Source: Chrysochromulina tobinii
Lineage: Eukaryota
Direction: 5' to 3'
Assembly (NCBI GenBank): GCA_001275005.1
Contig: JWZX01003229.1
Coordinates: 1-58,709, forward strand
Length of the DNA stretch: 58,709 nucleotides
Shown: in pieces, positions 36,605 to 47,866 of the stretch
Layout of the letters: each line of letters opens with the position of its first letter
Numbering within the stretch: the stretch's first letter is position 1
The notes under the pieces: generated by a model
Database searches by the model: none
What the model was told of the DNA's origin: nothing
Seen by the model: the letters and a program-made list of their open reading frames with translations, nothing else
Position numbers and translations under genes: made by a program

Positions 36605-39166
36605 ATGACCACCGCCGCTCACCTCCTGCAGCCGGACACGCTCTCGGAGATCCTCGGCCTGCTGCCGACGACCTCGGTCCTAGCGTGCGGCTGCGTCTCA
36701 GCCGCGTTCCGTGTTCTGGTTGACGAGTATTTGCGCCGCTCCAAGCGGCTCGACCTCGCCGGCTCGGAGGTGACGCCACGTCATCTACGCTCCCTCGCTC
36801 TCATTCGCATGCGTGGCGGCGCACAGGCCATGAACCTGTCTGGGTGCAGGCGCTTGAATAAACAGTCCATCGTTCAGGCCGTGCGCGATAGCTGCTCGCT
36901 GGCCGAGCTGATCGCTTGCGACGTGGGCGTGGGCAGCTGGACGTTGCCAGCGCTGCTCGCACTGACTGCCGCGTCGCCGGCCAAGTTGCGCGTCGGTGGC
37001 AACATCCGCATCGACTGCCGCCTTGCCCTCAACCACGATGTGGTGCCGGGTTCCGCGCTGCTGCTTTTGCTGAGTGCACTGCCGGCCCTTGAGGTCCGGC
37101 GGCTTGTGCTCATCAACGATCGCGTCAACGATCGCGGCGCTATGCCGGCTGGCGCAGCCGCTGCGATGCTCGGAGCGGCGATGCTCGGCGTGGCGGCTCC
37201 GGCGGCTGTGGTGCTCACGGAGGCAGGCCCGGGTCAAGCTGATGCCGCGGCGCCCGTCGAGCTGGGCGGCGGCGTCGAGCTGGGCGGCGGCGTCGAGCTG
37301 GGCGGCGGCGTCGAGCTGGGCGGCGCAGCGGAGGGCAGCGCAGCGATTCCGGCGGAGGGTAACGCGGCGGGGGAGGCCGAGGCCGCGGGGGAGGAGGAGG
37401 CCGAGGAGGCCGAGGCGGCGGCGGAGGAGGAGGAGGCCGAGGCGGCGGCGGAGGAGGAGGAGGCCGGGGCGGAGGGGGAGGAGGAGGCCGAGGCGGCGGT
37501 CGACGAGTCACGGCTCCTCTACGATGCGCTCGCCACGGCGCTTGCCGCGTCGCGTAGCCTCGAGGAGCTTGATGCATCGTCGGGCGCCCTCGGTGTGATT
37601 GGAGTGCTGCAGCTCGTCGTCCCGCTGCTTGAGTCGGAAGCTTGCGTGCTCCGTCGGCTCGCGTGCAGGTGATGGCTCCTGATGAGCTCTGATGAGCTCT
37701 GATGAGCTCTGATGAGCACTGATGGCTCCTGATGAGCCTCTGATGAGATATGATTGCATCTGATAGCCATATGAGTGCGCTCGGAGTGCAATCTGAATGC
37801 CATCTGAATGCATCCATGTGGTCCGTGCGTTCGGCTGCAGTGCACTGCCGCGCGCAGCCATCCCCAGCCTGACCGCGAGCTTGAGCCTCAACCGCACCCT
37901 ACGCACCCTCAAGCTTGGTATGAACTGCCTCGATGTGGGTGCGGCGCGGCTTCTCGCTCGGGCGATTGAGCGACATGCAGCCCTCACCTGCCTCACGCTC
38001 GAACATAATCAGGTGATTGCATGCATCGTCAGGCGCTGATCCTTGATGGCCACTCTGTTTGCCTCCTCCCTGGGCCACTGAGACGCGCCCCTTCGCCCCC
38101 TTTGCCTCTTTTGCCTCTCGACTTGACTTGACTTGGCTTGCCTCTCAGACACTCGACAGTGGTGCGGCCGCGCTCGGCGCGACCCTTGTGACCAACCAGC
38201 TGCGGACGCTCAGTGTGGCATTCACGGGCGCCGCCGATGGCGCGTGTGAGGCGCTCGCGCTCGCCATCGCCCTCCGCCGCCCCCTCGCGGACCTGTGCCT
38301 GTGCGGTAACGGCGTCGGGCCGAGCGGCGTCGGGGCGCTCAGTACGGCGCTCGAGGCCGCGGGCTGTGAAGGTTGTCTGACGGCGCTCAACCTGAGCGCC
38401 AACCAGCGGTTGGACGTGTCGAGCGTGCGTGCGATCGCTCGGGCGCTGCCGTGCACTCGGCTGGTTGAGCTACAGCTGGCTGGGGTGAGTGCCTCTGATG
38501 AGAGTCATTCGATTGCCATCCGAGTGCCATTGAGTGCCACTGAGTGCCTCTTAGTGCCACTGAGCGCCACTGAGCGCCACTGAGCGCCACTGATTGTAAC
38601 CGGATTTCCTCTCTTATTGCCTGCTAGATTGCCTCTCCGATCGCCTCCCTAATGGTATTGCCTGCTAGATTGCCTCTCCGATCGCCTCCCTCATCAGGTG
38701 CATGGGATGAGCGCCCACGCGTGCCCTCATTGCATGCTGATTGCCTCCCTCATCAGGTGCATGGGATGAGCGCCCACGCGTGCCCTCATTGCATGCTGAT
38801 TGCCTCCCTCATCAGGTGCATGGGATGAGCGCCCACGCGTGCGGAGTCCTCGCGGCCGCTCTGCCCGGCTGCCCCACCCTCGAGCGCCTCGATCTGTCGA
38901 TGAATCCGTTCGGGGACATGGGCGCATGGGGGCTCGCCTGGGCACTGCCTGAGTGCTCCAGATTGCGCGAGCTCGATCTCTCGAGCTGCGAGGTGGGCGA
39001 CGACGGCGCAGACGAGCTGCTCGAGGCACTGGACGCCAATACGACGCTCGCCACGCTCGACTTGCGGGGCAACAAGATCCATCCCAAGCACGTGCTCGGC
39101 AGGGACGTGGCGCGTGTTCGACTCGAGTTCCAACGGCCGGTTCTGTCGTCCGTGTTCGCGGTGTAG
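36605..39166 (+). CDS. F-box + RNI-like LRR protein; 4 exons
   Basis: F-box-like LQPDTLSEILGLLP..SVLACGCVSAAFR; LRRs LRTLKLGMNCL, LTALNLSANQ, LERLDLSMNPFGDMG, LATLDLRGNKI. Introns 37669-37840, 38013-38148 and 38485-38815 splice in frame. Confidence 0.82.
38680..38843 (+). repeat. Three tandem 59-nt copies of a 3' splice site plus exon start
   Basis: GCCTCCCTCATCAG|GTGCATGGGATGAGCGCCCACGCGTGC repeated, with the AG ending at 38697, 38756 and 38815. Confidence 0.93.
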
Positions 39167-39656
39167 CTGTAGGGGTGACGTCGAGCTTGCTGTGCATGGA
39201 TTGCAGCGTGAAACTGCTCATAAACCACAGTTAGTGACGACCCCGAGCAGCACACGACACACTCATACGTCAAGCGCCCCGTGAGCCAAGGCCCCATGCA
39301 AGGCCCGCAAGTGAGCCCCGCCGCTCCACGTCGGACTACTCCTCGGATGATGGCCCGTCCGCGCATTTCGAGCGCGCACACGCGCACGTGCAGGACGCAG
39401 TGCACCCACGCTCCAGAGACCTCCATGCTGGTGCCTTTGGTGATCACACCGATTGAGGAGTGACATGTGCTGTGGCACCTGTGGGTTCGGCTTCATGCCG
39501 ATCGGCTGCATGTGGGCTGGAGCTCAGGGTAACCTCTGGGTGCGTCACGTGTGCCTTCTTGAATCGCGATCGGTGCAATCGCGACGACCGCGGCGGTCTA
39601 GAACGCAAAACGGGTAACCTGACTCGGCTGCGACCGCAGCCCTCTGCTGGCTACCG

Positions 39657-41246
39657 CTAGCCGTTGCAATTCAGCGGCGAGCCCCAGCCAGTGCCTTCAG
39701 CTCGGCACCTGCAAGGCAAGGAGGCGTCATAGCCATGGAAGTAGAGCCCTGCCGAATGCACTGGATCGAAGCAGCCATTGACCTGGTTGTGTATGTCTCG
39801 GAGGTTGACGATCTCAAAGACCTTGGTGCCTCCCGATCCGGTATTCGGCTCAAACGTACTGGGCAGCTGGATGCTGTCGAAGCCGCGGGTACGAAAGCAA
39901 TTGAGCACTTGGAAATGGTCGCCCTGGCAGTTGTGCGCCGATCTCAGATTCTGAAACGCATTATCGTTGGAGATGAGGGAGCGGCCGACGTTGAAGAAGA
40001 TGCCACTGCCCGGGACCATATAATGCCACAGCCCTTGCGAAAGGCCGCGTTCCTGCCAGTCGCAGCAAGTGTGCGTCACTTCCACTGCCGAGTAGCTCGG
40101 AACGCCGCGGACCATGACGGTCTGCTTTGTGCGATCCGATTCTGCGTTGACTTGACGGAAGCTGCGCCAGACATCTCCATATTGCAGCGGATACGCTCCC
40201 GGCTTGTACTGGCCGTACGAGTAGTGGTTGGGATCGCACAGCCTCGGTACCAGATGGTCGCCGTCCGTGCACACGAGGGGGAGCCGCACTGGCAGGCTCC
40301 GTCCATGGAAGTTGGCGAGGTAGCCCAGCGAGAATGGGTACTGCATGGTCGTGATACCGTAGAGCGCATCGATGTAATGAAACCAAGGCGAGCTCCTGAG
40401 TATGCTCTCGTTGCCAAAGGTATCAGCCACGCTCGTGTACCACCCATTCTCGTACAGATGGCAGTGCCACCATGCGCGGTACTTTGTGATCGGTGTGGGC
40501 ATCCGGTCGTAGGTGGGCGTATGGCGGTTGAGGCCGCATGCCTCGTCGCTCGGACGGAAGGAGCCGGGCGACGATGGCGGCGGAGGCTGCCTCGGCGGCG
40601 GCGGTGGAGGTGGAGGAGTAGGTGGCGATACTGGCAATGGTGGCGGCAGTGGTACAGGTGGTGGCAGTGGCGACGATGGCAAAGGCGGCAAAAATGGCAA
40701 GGGTGGCGACGGTGGCCACAGTGGCAAGGGTGATGATTCTGGCGACGGCGGAGGGAGCTGGGGCGACGACGTTTGTGTTGGCCACGACGCCACAGAGACA
40801 AGTGGCACACGCGGCCTCAGCTGCCCCGAAATGCTGCTTGAGCCAGCCGCGGCACTGAGCACCAAGACAACGACGCATACAAGTAGTGCGCAGGACCAAC
40901 GGAGGCGTTTCGAGGGGGCCGTGGTGTCTGGTGGCGAGGAAGACAAAGCCTTTCCAGGGGACGGCGCAGGCATGGGGGGTGCATGGAATCCACCTATGGA
41001 GATGTCCACGACTTGTGATGACAATCCATCTGGCTGATCATCTGAACTCGCTAGCCGACGGAACTTGCGAGCCGTACGCGCAATCCTGAGCTCACTTAGC
41101 TTGAGAGCCGGACGCGCGATCCTCAGGCGCATTCTCTTGCCCATTACACCATGGTAGAGTCCTGCCTCACTTTTCGGTCCGTCTCCTTGGGCTTCGCGAC
41201 TGATCTCCATGATGCCGATCCTACCTGCACCTGAGACGGCGTCCAT
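39657..41246 (-). CDS. Type II membrane protein with a Pro-rich stalk and a Cys-containing lumenal domain of unknown function
   Basis: 529-aa ORF; TM ALLVCVVVLVLSAAAG; poly-Pro stalk; globular C-terminus with VEVTH..C, PGSGIFFNVGRS, GFDSIQL, FEIV and CRC motifs. Confidence 0.75.
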   Translation of the reverse strand: MDAVSGAGRIGIMEISREAQGDGPKSEAGLYHGVMGKRMRLRIARPALKLSELRIARTARKFRRLASSDDQPDGLSSQVVDISIGGFHAPPMPAPSPGKALSSSPPDTTAPSKRLRWSCALLVCVVVLVLSAAAGSSSISGQLRPRVPLVSVASWPTQTSSPQLPPPSPESSPLPLWPPSPPLPFLPPLPSSPLPPPVPLPPPLPVSPPTPPPPPPPPRQPPPPSSPGSFRPSDEACGLNRHTPTYDRMPTPITKYRAWWHCHLYENGWYTSVADTFGNESILRSSPWFHYIDALYGITTMQYPFSLGYLANFHGRSLPVRLPLVCTDGDHLVPRLCDPNHYSYGQYKPGAYPLQYGDVWRSFRQVNAESDRTKQTVMVRGVPSYSAVEVTHTCCDWQERGLSQGLWHYMVPGSGIFFNVGRSLISNDNAFQNLRSAHNCQGDHFQVLNCFRTRGFDSIQLPSTFEPNTGSGGTKVFEIVNLRDIHNQVNGCFDPVHSAGLYFHGYDASLPCRCRAEGTGWGSPLNCNG

Positions 41247-41908
41247 GCACGGTTCACAGGACTGCAGGCTCTCAACATCCGGAAGATAAGAATCTCCCCA
41301 AAGTAGATTGCTTTCGGAACTTTACCTCAGTTGCATGCATACGCAGTTCGGGAACGAGCAGCGAATTAGGTTCGAGTTCCGGGACGTGTCAGTCGGGTAG
41401 TTACGAGTTAGTTCCTCATGTAGGTACCGTACATGACTGTACCACTTCCGTCCCAGCTCGCGTTCGAAATCATCGTACTCAACAGCCACCGTCCCTCAGA
41501 TCTCCGGTTTCATGTTGGTCTCATGCGTGGATGATGTGTCGCCCTGCTGCTCCTCATCCTCCTGATAAGCGCATTCGATTCATTATCGATTCAACGACAT
41601 GGCCTTTGCGCTTCTTGGCTTTGCGGTGCGACCGGAGCGCAGCCGCGCACGATCCACGATGCGCTTCTGGGGGCTGGCCGCGTGGGCCCTTCCCAAGACT
41701 CTCGAACTGCGTGGATCCCTCCGGCTCGAGAGCCTCCTGTCAGTCAGTCAGTTTCTTCGCGGTCCCCGCGCGCCTCTATAGGATTATTTCTCTCATCGAA
41801 TTCTAAAGACTAAACGAACGTACATCGGTCATGACATCGGTACTCTAACCGTACCTCCGTATCCTAAGAGTAGTTTCCATATTCCACTGACTCGCTAGTC
41901 GCTATTGG

Positions 41909-43550
41909 CTATAGCCAGCCGCCCTCAAGGGCAAGCACGCCGTCCGCGAGGGGGCGCAGCAGCAGCCGCTCTCCGGCGAGCATCAGCGCGCCGAAGCCGA
42001 CAGAGAGTGGGATCGCCGGCTCGAGAGATCGAAGCGGCCAGCGCAACGCCACGTGGACCATGAGCAGCCCGAGACCGCAGAGAAGCCCAATGGCTACGGC
42101 GGCGAGGGGTGCGGCGCCGAGACGGGCGGCGTGGCCTGCGAACACCGAGAAGACGATGAAGTCGCCCAGTCCGAGGAGGAGGTCGTCCTGAGCACCAGCG
42201 ACACACACGAGACCCGACCATCAGTGGCCATCCGTGGCCATCCGTGGCCATCCGTGGCCATCCGTGGCCATCAGAGCTATGCCTTAGCAGAGCTGCACTA
42301 ATGAGGGAGGCAATCAGCATGCAATCAGTGGCCATCAGAGCTATACCTTAGCACCAACATTATCAAACGAGAGCCCGGGCATCTGCTCGACGCCAGCCTT
42401 CTGTCGCGCGGCGTAGAGTTTGTCGATGGTCTGGACGGGCGAGCAGTAATGCGAGGCCATGAGAGGCCATTAGTGGCCATCAGTGGCCATGAGTGGCCAT
42501 CAGTGGCCATGAGTGGCCATCAGTGGCCATGAGTGGCCATGAGTGGCCATCAGTGCCAAGCAGTGGCCATCAGTGGCCATCAGTGGCCATCATCAGTGGC
42601 CATCAGAGGCCTACCTGGACGGGGGAGCAGCACGGGAGGCCGACGAGGAGGATGTCGAGCGCAGCGAGCAGCCCGATGATCGCGATCATCATTTGGTACG
42701 GTATGCACGTGAGTACCCACGCAAAGAGGATCTGCGCAGGCGAGGCCAAGGGACGAGGCGCCGTTCTGAGCACTTGCATGCGAGCTCCTCCTCACGCTCG
42801 ACACAAGGTTGTCTGCGATCCGAGTGCATGCAAGTGCTCAGCACGGCGGGAGCGCACCGCGAGGCTGTCAGCGTATACGATCCGAGTGCGCTGAAACCGT
42901 CGGCGCGTCGGAGCCCATTGGGCGAGGAGCACGCCAGGCACGGCGAGATTCCACACGAGAAACGCCGTCGTGGGCGCGTCGAGCGGCACGCCGGCGGCCT
43001 GGGCGGCGCGTAGCAGGAAGAGCGCGAGCGGCACGCCCAAGCCCACTCCCACCCAAAAAGATACGAGCGTGTGCAGCAGCCTCAGCCACGAATGCGTGTA
43101 CAGAAGGGCGTACGCGACGAAGTTGAACAGAAAGAGCGCGCCGACGACTGAGGCGCCGAGCAGTGCGGCGCGTGCCTGCGCGGCGGCCGATTCGCGAATG
43201 TCAAAGGGCGCGGGCAGCGCATCGAAGGCCGGCGGCAGCGCGAGCACGAGCACGACTGTGCCGCCCATAACCAGAGCCATCTCGCGCACCACCGGCCAAG
43301 CGCGCACGAGTGGCGGCCGCGGCAAGCGGAACCGTCGAGGTTTTGCGCGCTGGATCCGCTGGTCCACGCGCTCAAGGTAGCGCGAGAGGCAGTCCGGCGC
43401 CGAGGCCGCCTTCTTCTCACTCCGTGGCTTGCACGTTTCGGAATCTGCCACGAGCGTCACGTCATCGATGCTGACGGGTGAACGAGACGCGCTCTGCTGG
43501 TGCCGGGCAGCGTGCGATGGTGCCCTCTCCAAGCGGAGTGCGTCGGCCAT
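41909..43550 (-). CDS. Presenilin-like GxGD intramembrane aspartyl protease; 4 exons
   Basis: Introns 42732-42857, 42431-42614 and 42188-42346 splice in frame. Multiple TM helices; AALDILLVGLPCCSPVQ (first Asp), MPGL, LGLGDFIVFSVF (second Asp) and PAIPLSV (PALP-like). Confidence 0.88.
42455..42610 (-). repeat. Intronic 10-nt tandem repeat (CTGATGGCCA/CTCATGGCCA on the sense strand)
   Basis: (cagtggccat/gagtggccat)n on +; a related array lies at 42219-42275. Confidence 0.9.
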
Positions 43551-43593
43551 CAAGATTGAAGCGTGTGAACAAACGTGTGAAGAGACTATCGCA

Positions 43594-43722
43594 AAGTCAG
43601 CTAAACCACCCGGGCCTGCGCTCCCTCGAGGAGCGTGGCAGGTCGCGAGCTATTCCTCTGTCGGTGCGGTCCGAGCGGCCACGCGCCGGTCAGTGTGCCG
43701 TGTCGACGTGACTGCTATGGGG
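43594..43722. repeat. Dispersed repeat B, copy 1
   Basis: AAGTCAGCTAAACCACCCGGGCCTGCG...CCTCGAGGAGCGTGGCAGGT...GACTGCTATGGG aligns end to end with 57006-57131. Confidence 0.9.
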
Positions 43723-44294
43723 GTTCGAGAAACAGTAAAAGGACAGATCGGCTTTCGACACCGTGAGTCAGTCCCACATATTACGATTGATATTACGTTT
43801 CTGAGCTGGGACGTAGCGGAGCGTATCGCACCCTTGAGCCTGACGCGAATGGGGTGCGGTGGTAGTGCGGCGGCGCACACAGGTGATTACCGTGTGTAGG
43901 GCAGTGCCGTACGCAAGGTAGTCCCAATGCGACACACAGTCGGTAAGTCAGGTACAAGAGAGAAATTATAAGGAGCTGGAGACAAACGGTCAAACGCCAG
44001 TCGTCCTTGCGCCGAACTCAGAGTTAGCAGTTGCAAGGATTCGATATTGAAATAGCACGCCCCTCGGGTGCGACCCCACCTATTCAGAATCCAGAGACCT
44101 CCGCACCACCGGATAGGGTGGGGCGAAGTCTGGATTGCATGCATATCATCTAAATTTGGGGTCATATATTTTGGAGGATTCCTCAGTCCTGTGTGGGAGA
44201 ATTCCTCAGTCCTAAATGAATTTAATTTGCACCATTGCACGAGAGAAACCGCACGCGCCATCCGCTGGAGTCTCTACAACTGAGGGCTCGCACC

Positions 44295-45800
44295 ATGCCA
44301 AGCCTCCCTAAGCGAAAGCGAAGCAAGAAAGGCTTTGCTGCCTTGGAGACTGCTGCGGCCGAAGACGACGAGCAGGAGGAGGACCTCGACTGTCTGGCCA
44401 ATGTCCAGCAGCAGCGTGGCCAAAGTCAGCACGAGCAACAACCAGCTCCAGGTGCGGGGACGAGCGAACAGCCTAGGCCCACGCGAGTGCAAGCTCGCGA
44501 CGGACGGCAGGCGGCAGATCTGAGTGAGCATGAGCCACTGCCTATGGGTGGGCAAGCTCTCACGCTTCATGGGGAGCGGTTCGTACCGTTTCGGCCCACG
44601 ATCACGTGCGGCAGCATTTGCTTGATCATGAACTTGATCACTGCAGGGATGGTCACAGGGATGGTCATCACCCTAGCAGGGCTGCGGCCACAAGGTGCTG
44701 CTCATGATGGGGCCACGCGGGACGAGACGAACTCAGTACAGCTCTTCATGCTGCCGCCGCCGGAGCCTCGGTTGCCTCTGCCGCGTACACCGCCAATCCC
44801 ACCACCGCCAATCCCACCACCGTCGCCGTTCCGACCACCACCGCCGTTCCTACCACCGCCGCCATTCCGACCACCGCCGCTGTCCTCAGCACCACCGCCG
44901 CCACCACCGCCAATCTCACCACCGCCGCCGCTCACACCGATTGTGCGGTGGGAACGGCCACCACCACACTTGCTGCCATTCCCACCACCGCCGCTGATCC
45001 TCACACCTTTGAAGATACCGGTGCCGCACTACATGCAGGGCTCCTTTTTTTGTGCACAGCACCACAACACCGAGTTCGAACGATGTGCTCGGTGCAACCA
45101 AGAGGACAAACATTCGAAGCCTATCATCATGTACGTCCATGTGGTCAAGACGGGTGGCAGTGCTGTCGAATGCGCCACGGAAGGGCAAGCTGACTGGGAC
45201 AAGGTCATGTGGATCAACATGGGGCACACAAACGTGCGCGCATTAGATCACTGCAGAGCAGCTTGCACCCATGGCGGGCGGGCGCCCAAGGTTGTGGTCA
45301 GCATCAGGGATCCATACAGCTACTGGCAGAGCCTCTTCACCTACGCGTGGGTTTTGTGCTGTACTTGCAAGAACCGCCAGTTCACCGCCACGTGTATTGA
45401 TCGCAGCGTCGACTTCTTGACCTTTATGCGACGTGCAAAGAGACAGCCGAGAATGGCTGACTGGGCGCCGGTCAACACGGTCAACACGGCGCCAAGATCT
45501 CAGAGCATGGAGATCGAAAAATCGTGTGGACGCCCATGCAGCCACGTGGACTTCTTCTTGCACACAGAGCACATGCAGGATGATTGGCTGGCCATGATCA
45601 CCTCGTTTGGCAATCTTGGCGTTCCGCGCGTTGGCCTTCCGAAAGTCAATCCATCTCTGACGGCTAACACACCGCCACCGCCGGAGACTGTGTTCACGCA
45701 AGAGATTCTTGATATCATACATGAAGTGGACGCCAACATGTTCCGCGAGTTCAAATATTCCAAGCGAACAGATGCTCCTTTCACTCTAGGCCACAAATGA
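44295..45800 (+). CDS. Sulfotransferase-family type II membrane protein with a Pro-rich stalk
   Basis: 5'-PSB-like YVHVVKTGGSAVE and 3'-PB-like VVSIRDPYSYWQSLFTY; TM near the N-terminus; C-terminal ...HEVDANMFREFKY. Confidence 0.8.
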   Translation: MPSLPKRKRSKKGFAALETAAAEDDEQEEDLDCLANVQQQRGQSQHEQQPAPGAGTSEQPRPTRVQARDGRQAADLSEHEPLPMGGQALTLHGERFVPFRPTITCGSICLIMNLITAGMVTGMVITLAGLRPQGAAHDGATRDETNSVQLFMLPPPEPRLPLPRTPPIPPPPIPPPSPFRPPPPFLPPPPFRPPPLSSAPPPPPPPISPPPPLTPIVRWERPPPHLLPFPPPPLILTPLKIPVPHYMQGSFFCAQHHNTEFERCARCNQEDKHSKPIIMYVHVVKTGGSAVECATEGQADWDKVMWINMGHTNVRALDHCRAACTHGGRAPKVVVSIRDPYSYWQSLFTYAWVLCCTCKNRQFTATCIDRSVDFLTFMRRAKRQPRMADWAPVNTVNTAPRSQSMEIEKSCGRPCSHVDFFLHTEHMQDDWLAMITSFGNLGVPRVGLPKVNPSLTANTPPPPETVFTQEILDIIHEVDANMFREFKYSKRTDAPFTLGHK

Positions 45801-46613
45801 ATCGAACAGCCGATACAAAGCATTTGTGAAGCATTCGTGAAGATGAAGCAGATGACTCGCAAGCCGCTTATAGTGCTGCCTGTGATCGGGCAGGCTGCCC
45901 TTGATGACGGAGCAATTGACGGATCGGAGAGGCCAAGAGCCCCTGAGCACGAACGCGCGAGATACATCGGTAGAACGAGGCAACGAGATACAACGACACA
46001 CCAATACAACGAGACCATGAGACACAGCGTGAGTGTGTCATGTGTCATGGAAGCACTGGAAGCACGAGCATGTGGAAGCAAGATGAACGGTGACTTGGTT
46101 AAGTTGGGGGGGGGGGCGAGCCGGAAGAGAGCTCATGATGAGAGAGTTCCCAGGGAAAGTGGGACGAATGGCAATGCGTGCTCGGCCCGGTGGCTTTGTA
46201 TTGTACGTTGAGCTTGAAGAGGTGCCGGGCCGCGGTCAAAAGCGGTCGACTAGAGCGACGAGTTATGAGTTATGAGTTTGAGCTTATGAGTTATGTGCCT
46301 TATCGATACACGATAGACCTTAGACGATAGCTCAAACCTCCGAATAAGCATGTCAATGAGTCTGAGTTAAACCTGGCCAGAACCCCCACAGGGCGATTTA
46401 GGCGAGATGCAGATGGAGATCAGAAGCACAAGCAAGCCCGCTCGTGGACGCGTCCGTGCCATGGTCGCTGTCCACGGCGCCGTGGGGACGGGACCAAAAC
46501 GGACTAAGGAGCGATCGTGTGCTCGAGTGGTCTACTATTTTTCATGTTTATAAGAGCCCCACTCATCCCTTGCCCTCGCTTGAACTTGGCTACGACTGTT
46601 TTCGGTGCATGGA

Positions 46614-47390
46614 TCATGTGGATCGCCGCTCACAGTTCTTTGTGTCTCGCAAGCGGGCCTCTTGCGAGACACAAAGCAGCTTCTTGCCAACGCTGTGAAG
46701 CCGATCGATGACTGACTTGCACGCCAACCGGGCCTCCACCGTGCAGCAATCGTCCTGCATGTCGATGAGCTGTCGGAGCTGCTCTGTGAGCCTCACCTCC
46801 AACTGCTCGGCCGCGTGGCGCAGTGAAGAGGACGCACGCCCCCACGCGGCCAGCTCCTTTGCGAGCATCTCGGATTGGTCCTCGGCCTCTTTGAGTGCGC
46901 GCATATGCGAAGCATGGGCGGCCATTATCGGCGCGTCCACGTCATCGATGGTTGAACTTATATCGCTACTCGATGCCGATATGGCAGCACGCATCCTCTC
47001 GAACTCGGCAGCCACTGAGCCAGCCTCGGTTCCGATGTCGATGTAGTACCCGAGGCCGTGGATACCCGCTCTGAAGACACGACCTCGGCGTGGCCCAAGG
47101 AAGCGTAGCGACGGCTCAAATTCTAAAGCCTCAGATTCTGGAGGATCTTCGGCTGCAGTCGCTCCCTGCTGATGTGATACATCAGCCTGTGGGCTGCGAC
47201 TTCGGCTTCGGCTTCCGCTTTTGCTGCGGCTGTGATCCTGCCGATCATCTACAGTGCGGAGGTCTCGCTCGGAGGTGAGTGGTGGCAATAGCGGCAATGG
47301 CGGCAATGGCGCGCTCTCATCATAGCTTGCATCCATAGCCAGCTTCCAAGCGGGCACCCCACGAGACGCAGCGTTCTTCTTGCGGAGCAT
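46614..47390 (-). CDS. Hypothetical protein (FxGxRxGxVF..G..GLGYYxD motif; possible degenerate BAG-like helical C-terminus)
   Basis: ORF 46614..47474 with a likely ATG at 47390 (MLRKKN); motif FLGPRRGRVFRAGIHGLGYYID; coiled-coil C-terminus. Confidence 0.55.
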   Translation of the reverse strand: MLRKKNAASRGVPAWKLAMDASYDESAPLPPLPLLPPLTSERDLRTVDDRQDHSRSKSGSRSRSRSPQADVSHQQGATAAEDPPESEALEFEPSLRFLGPRRGRVFRAGIHGLGYYIDIGTEAGSVAAEFERMRAAISASSSDISSTIDDVDAPIMAAHASHMRALKEAEDQSEMLAKELAAWGRASSSLRHAAEQLEVRLTEQLRQLIDMQDDCCTVEARLACKSVIDRLHSVGKKLLCVSQEARLRDTKNCERRST

Positions 47391-47866
47391 TTCCTGGCAG
47401 AGCCTGTGACGGCGCCGTCTTGTGTGAACAAAACGGCACACCGTGTGTGAACGTTTCGATGTTGGTGTGAACACACCCGGTTCTACGACACTGTTAATGC
47501 CCGTTCAGAATACACACGACGCGGAGAATGCGCGCGGCGTTGAGGTGGGTACTTCGTCCTTTCGTAAACGTAATAGGTTCAAGTTGTCTGTTGTTATATT
47601 TCGTATTCACAGGTGCCGAAATCGAAACGTCATCCGGAACGAGCCGCTTCCATGTTCCCATAGTGGTTTGCCTGCCACCATCGAGGTCAACCGGCGCCCT
47701 GGCGTGTGACTACGGGTAGAGTGGGTGTACCGGGCGGGGCCCCCGGCGCGTGGCCGTGGGCCCGCGTTGCGCTTGTGGGGGGGCGGGGCCGGCGGACGCA
47801 GCGCGCTAATCCTAATGGCGGGAAAGAAGTGGGAAATCGTCGCGAGGAAGGGATACTGTGCTTAAT

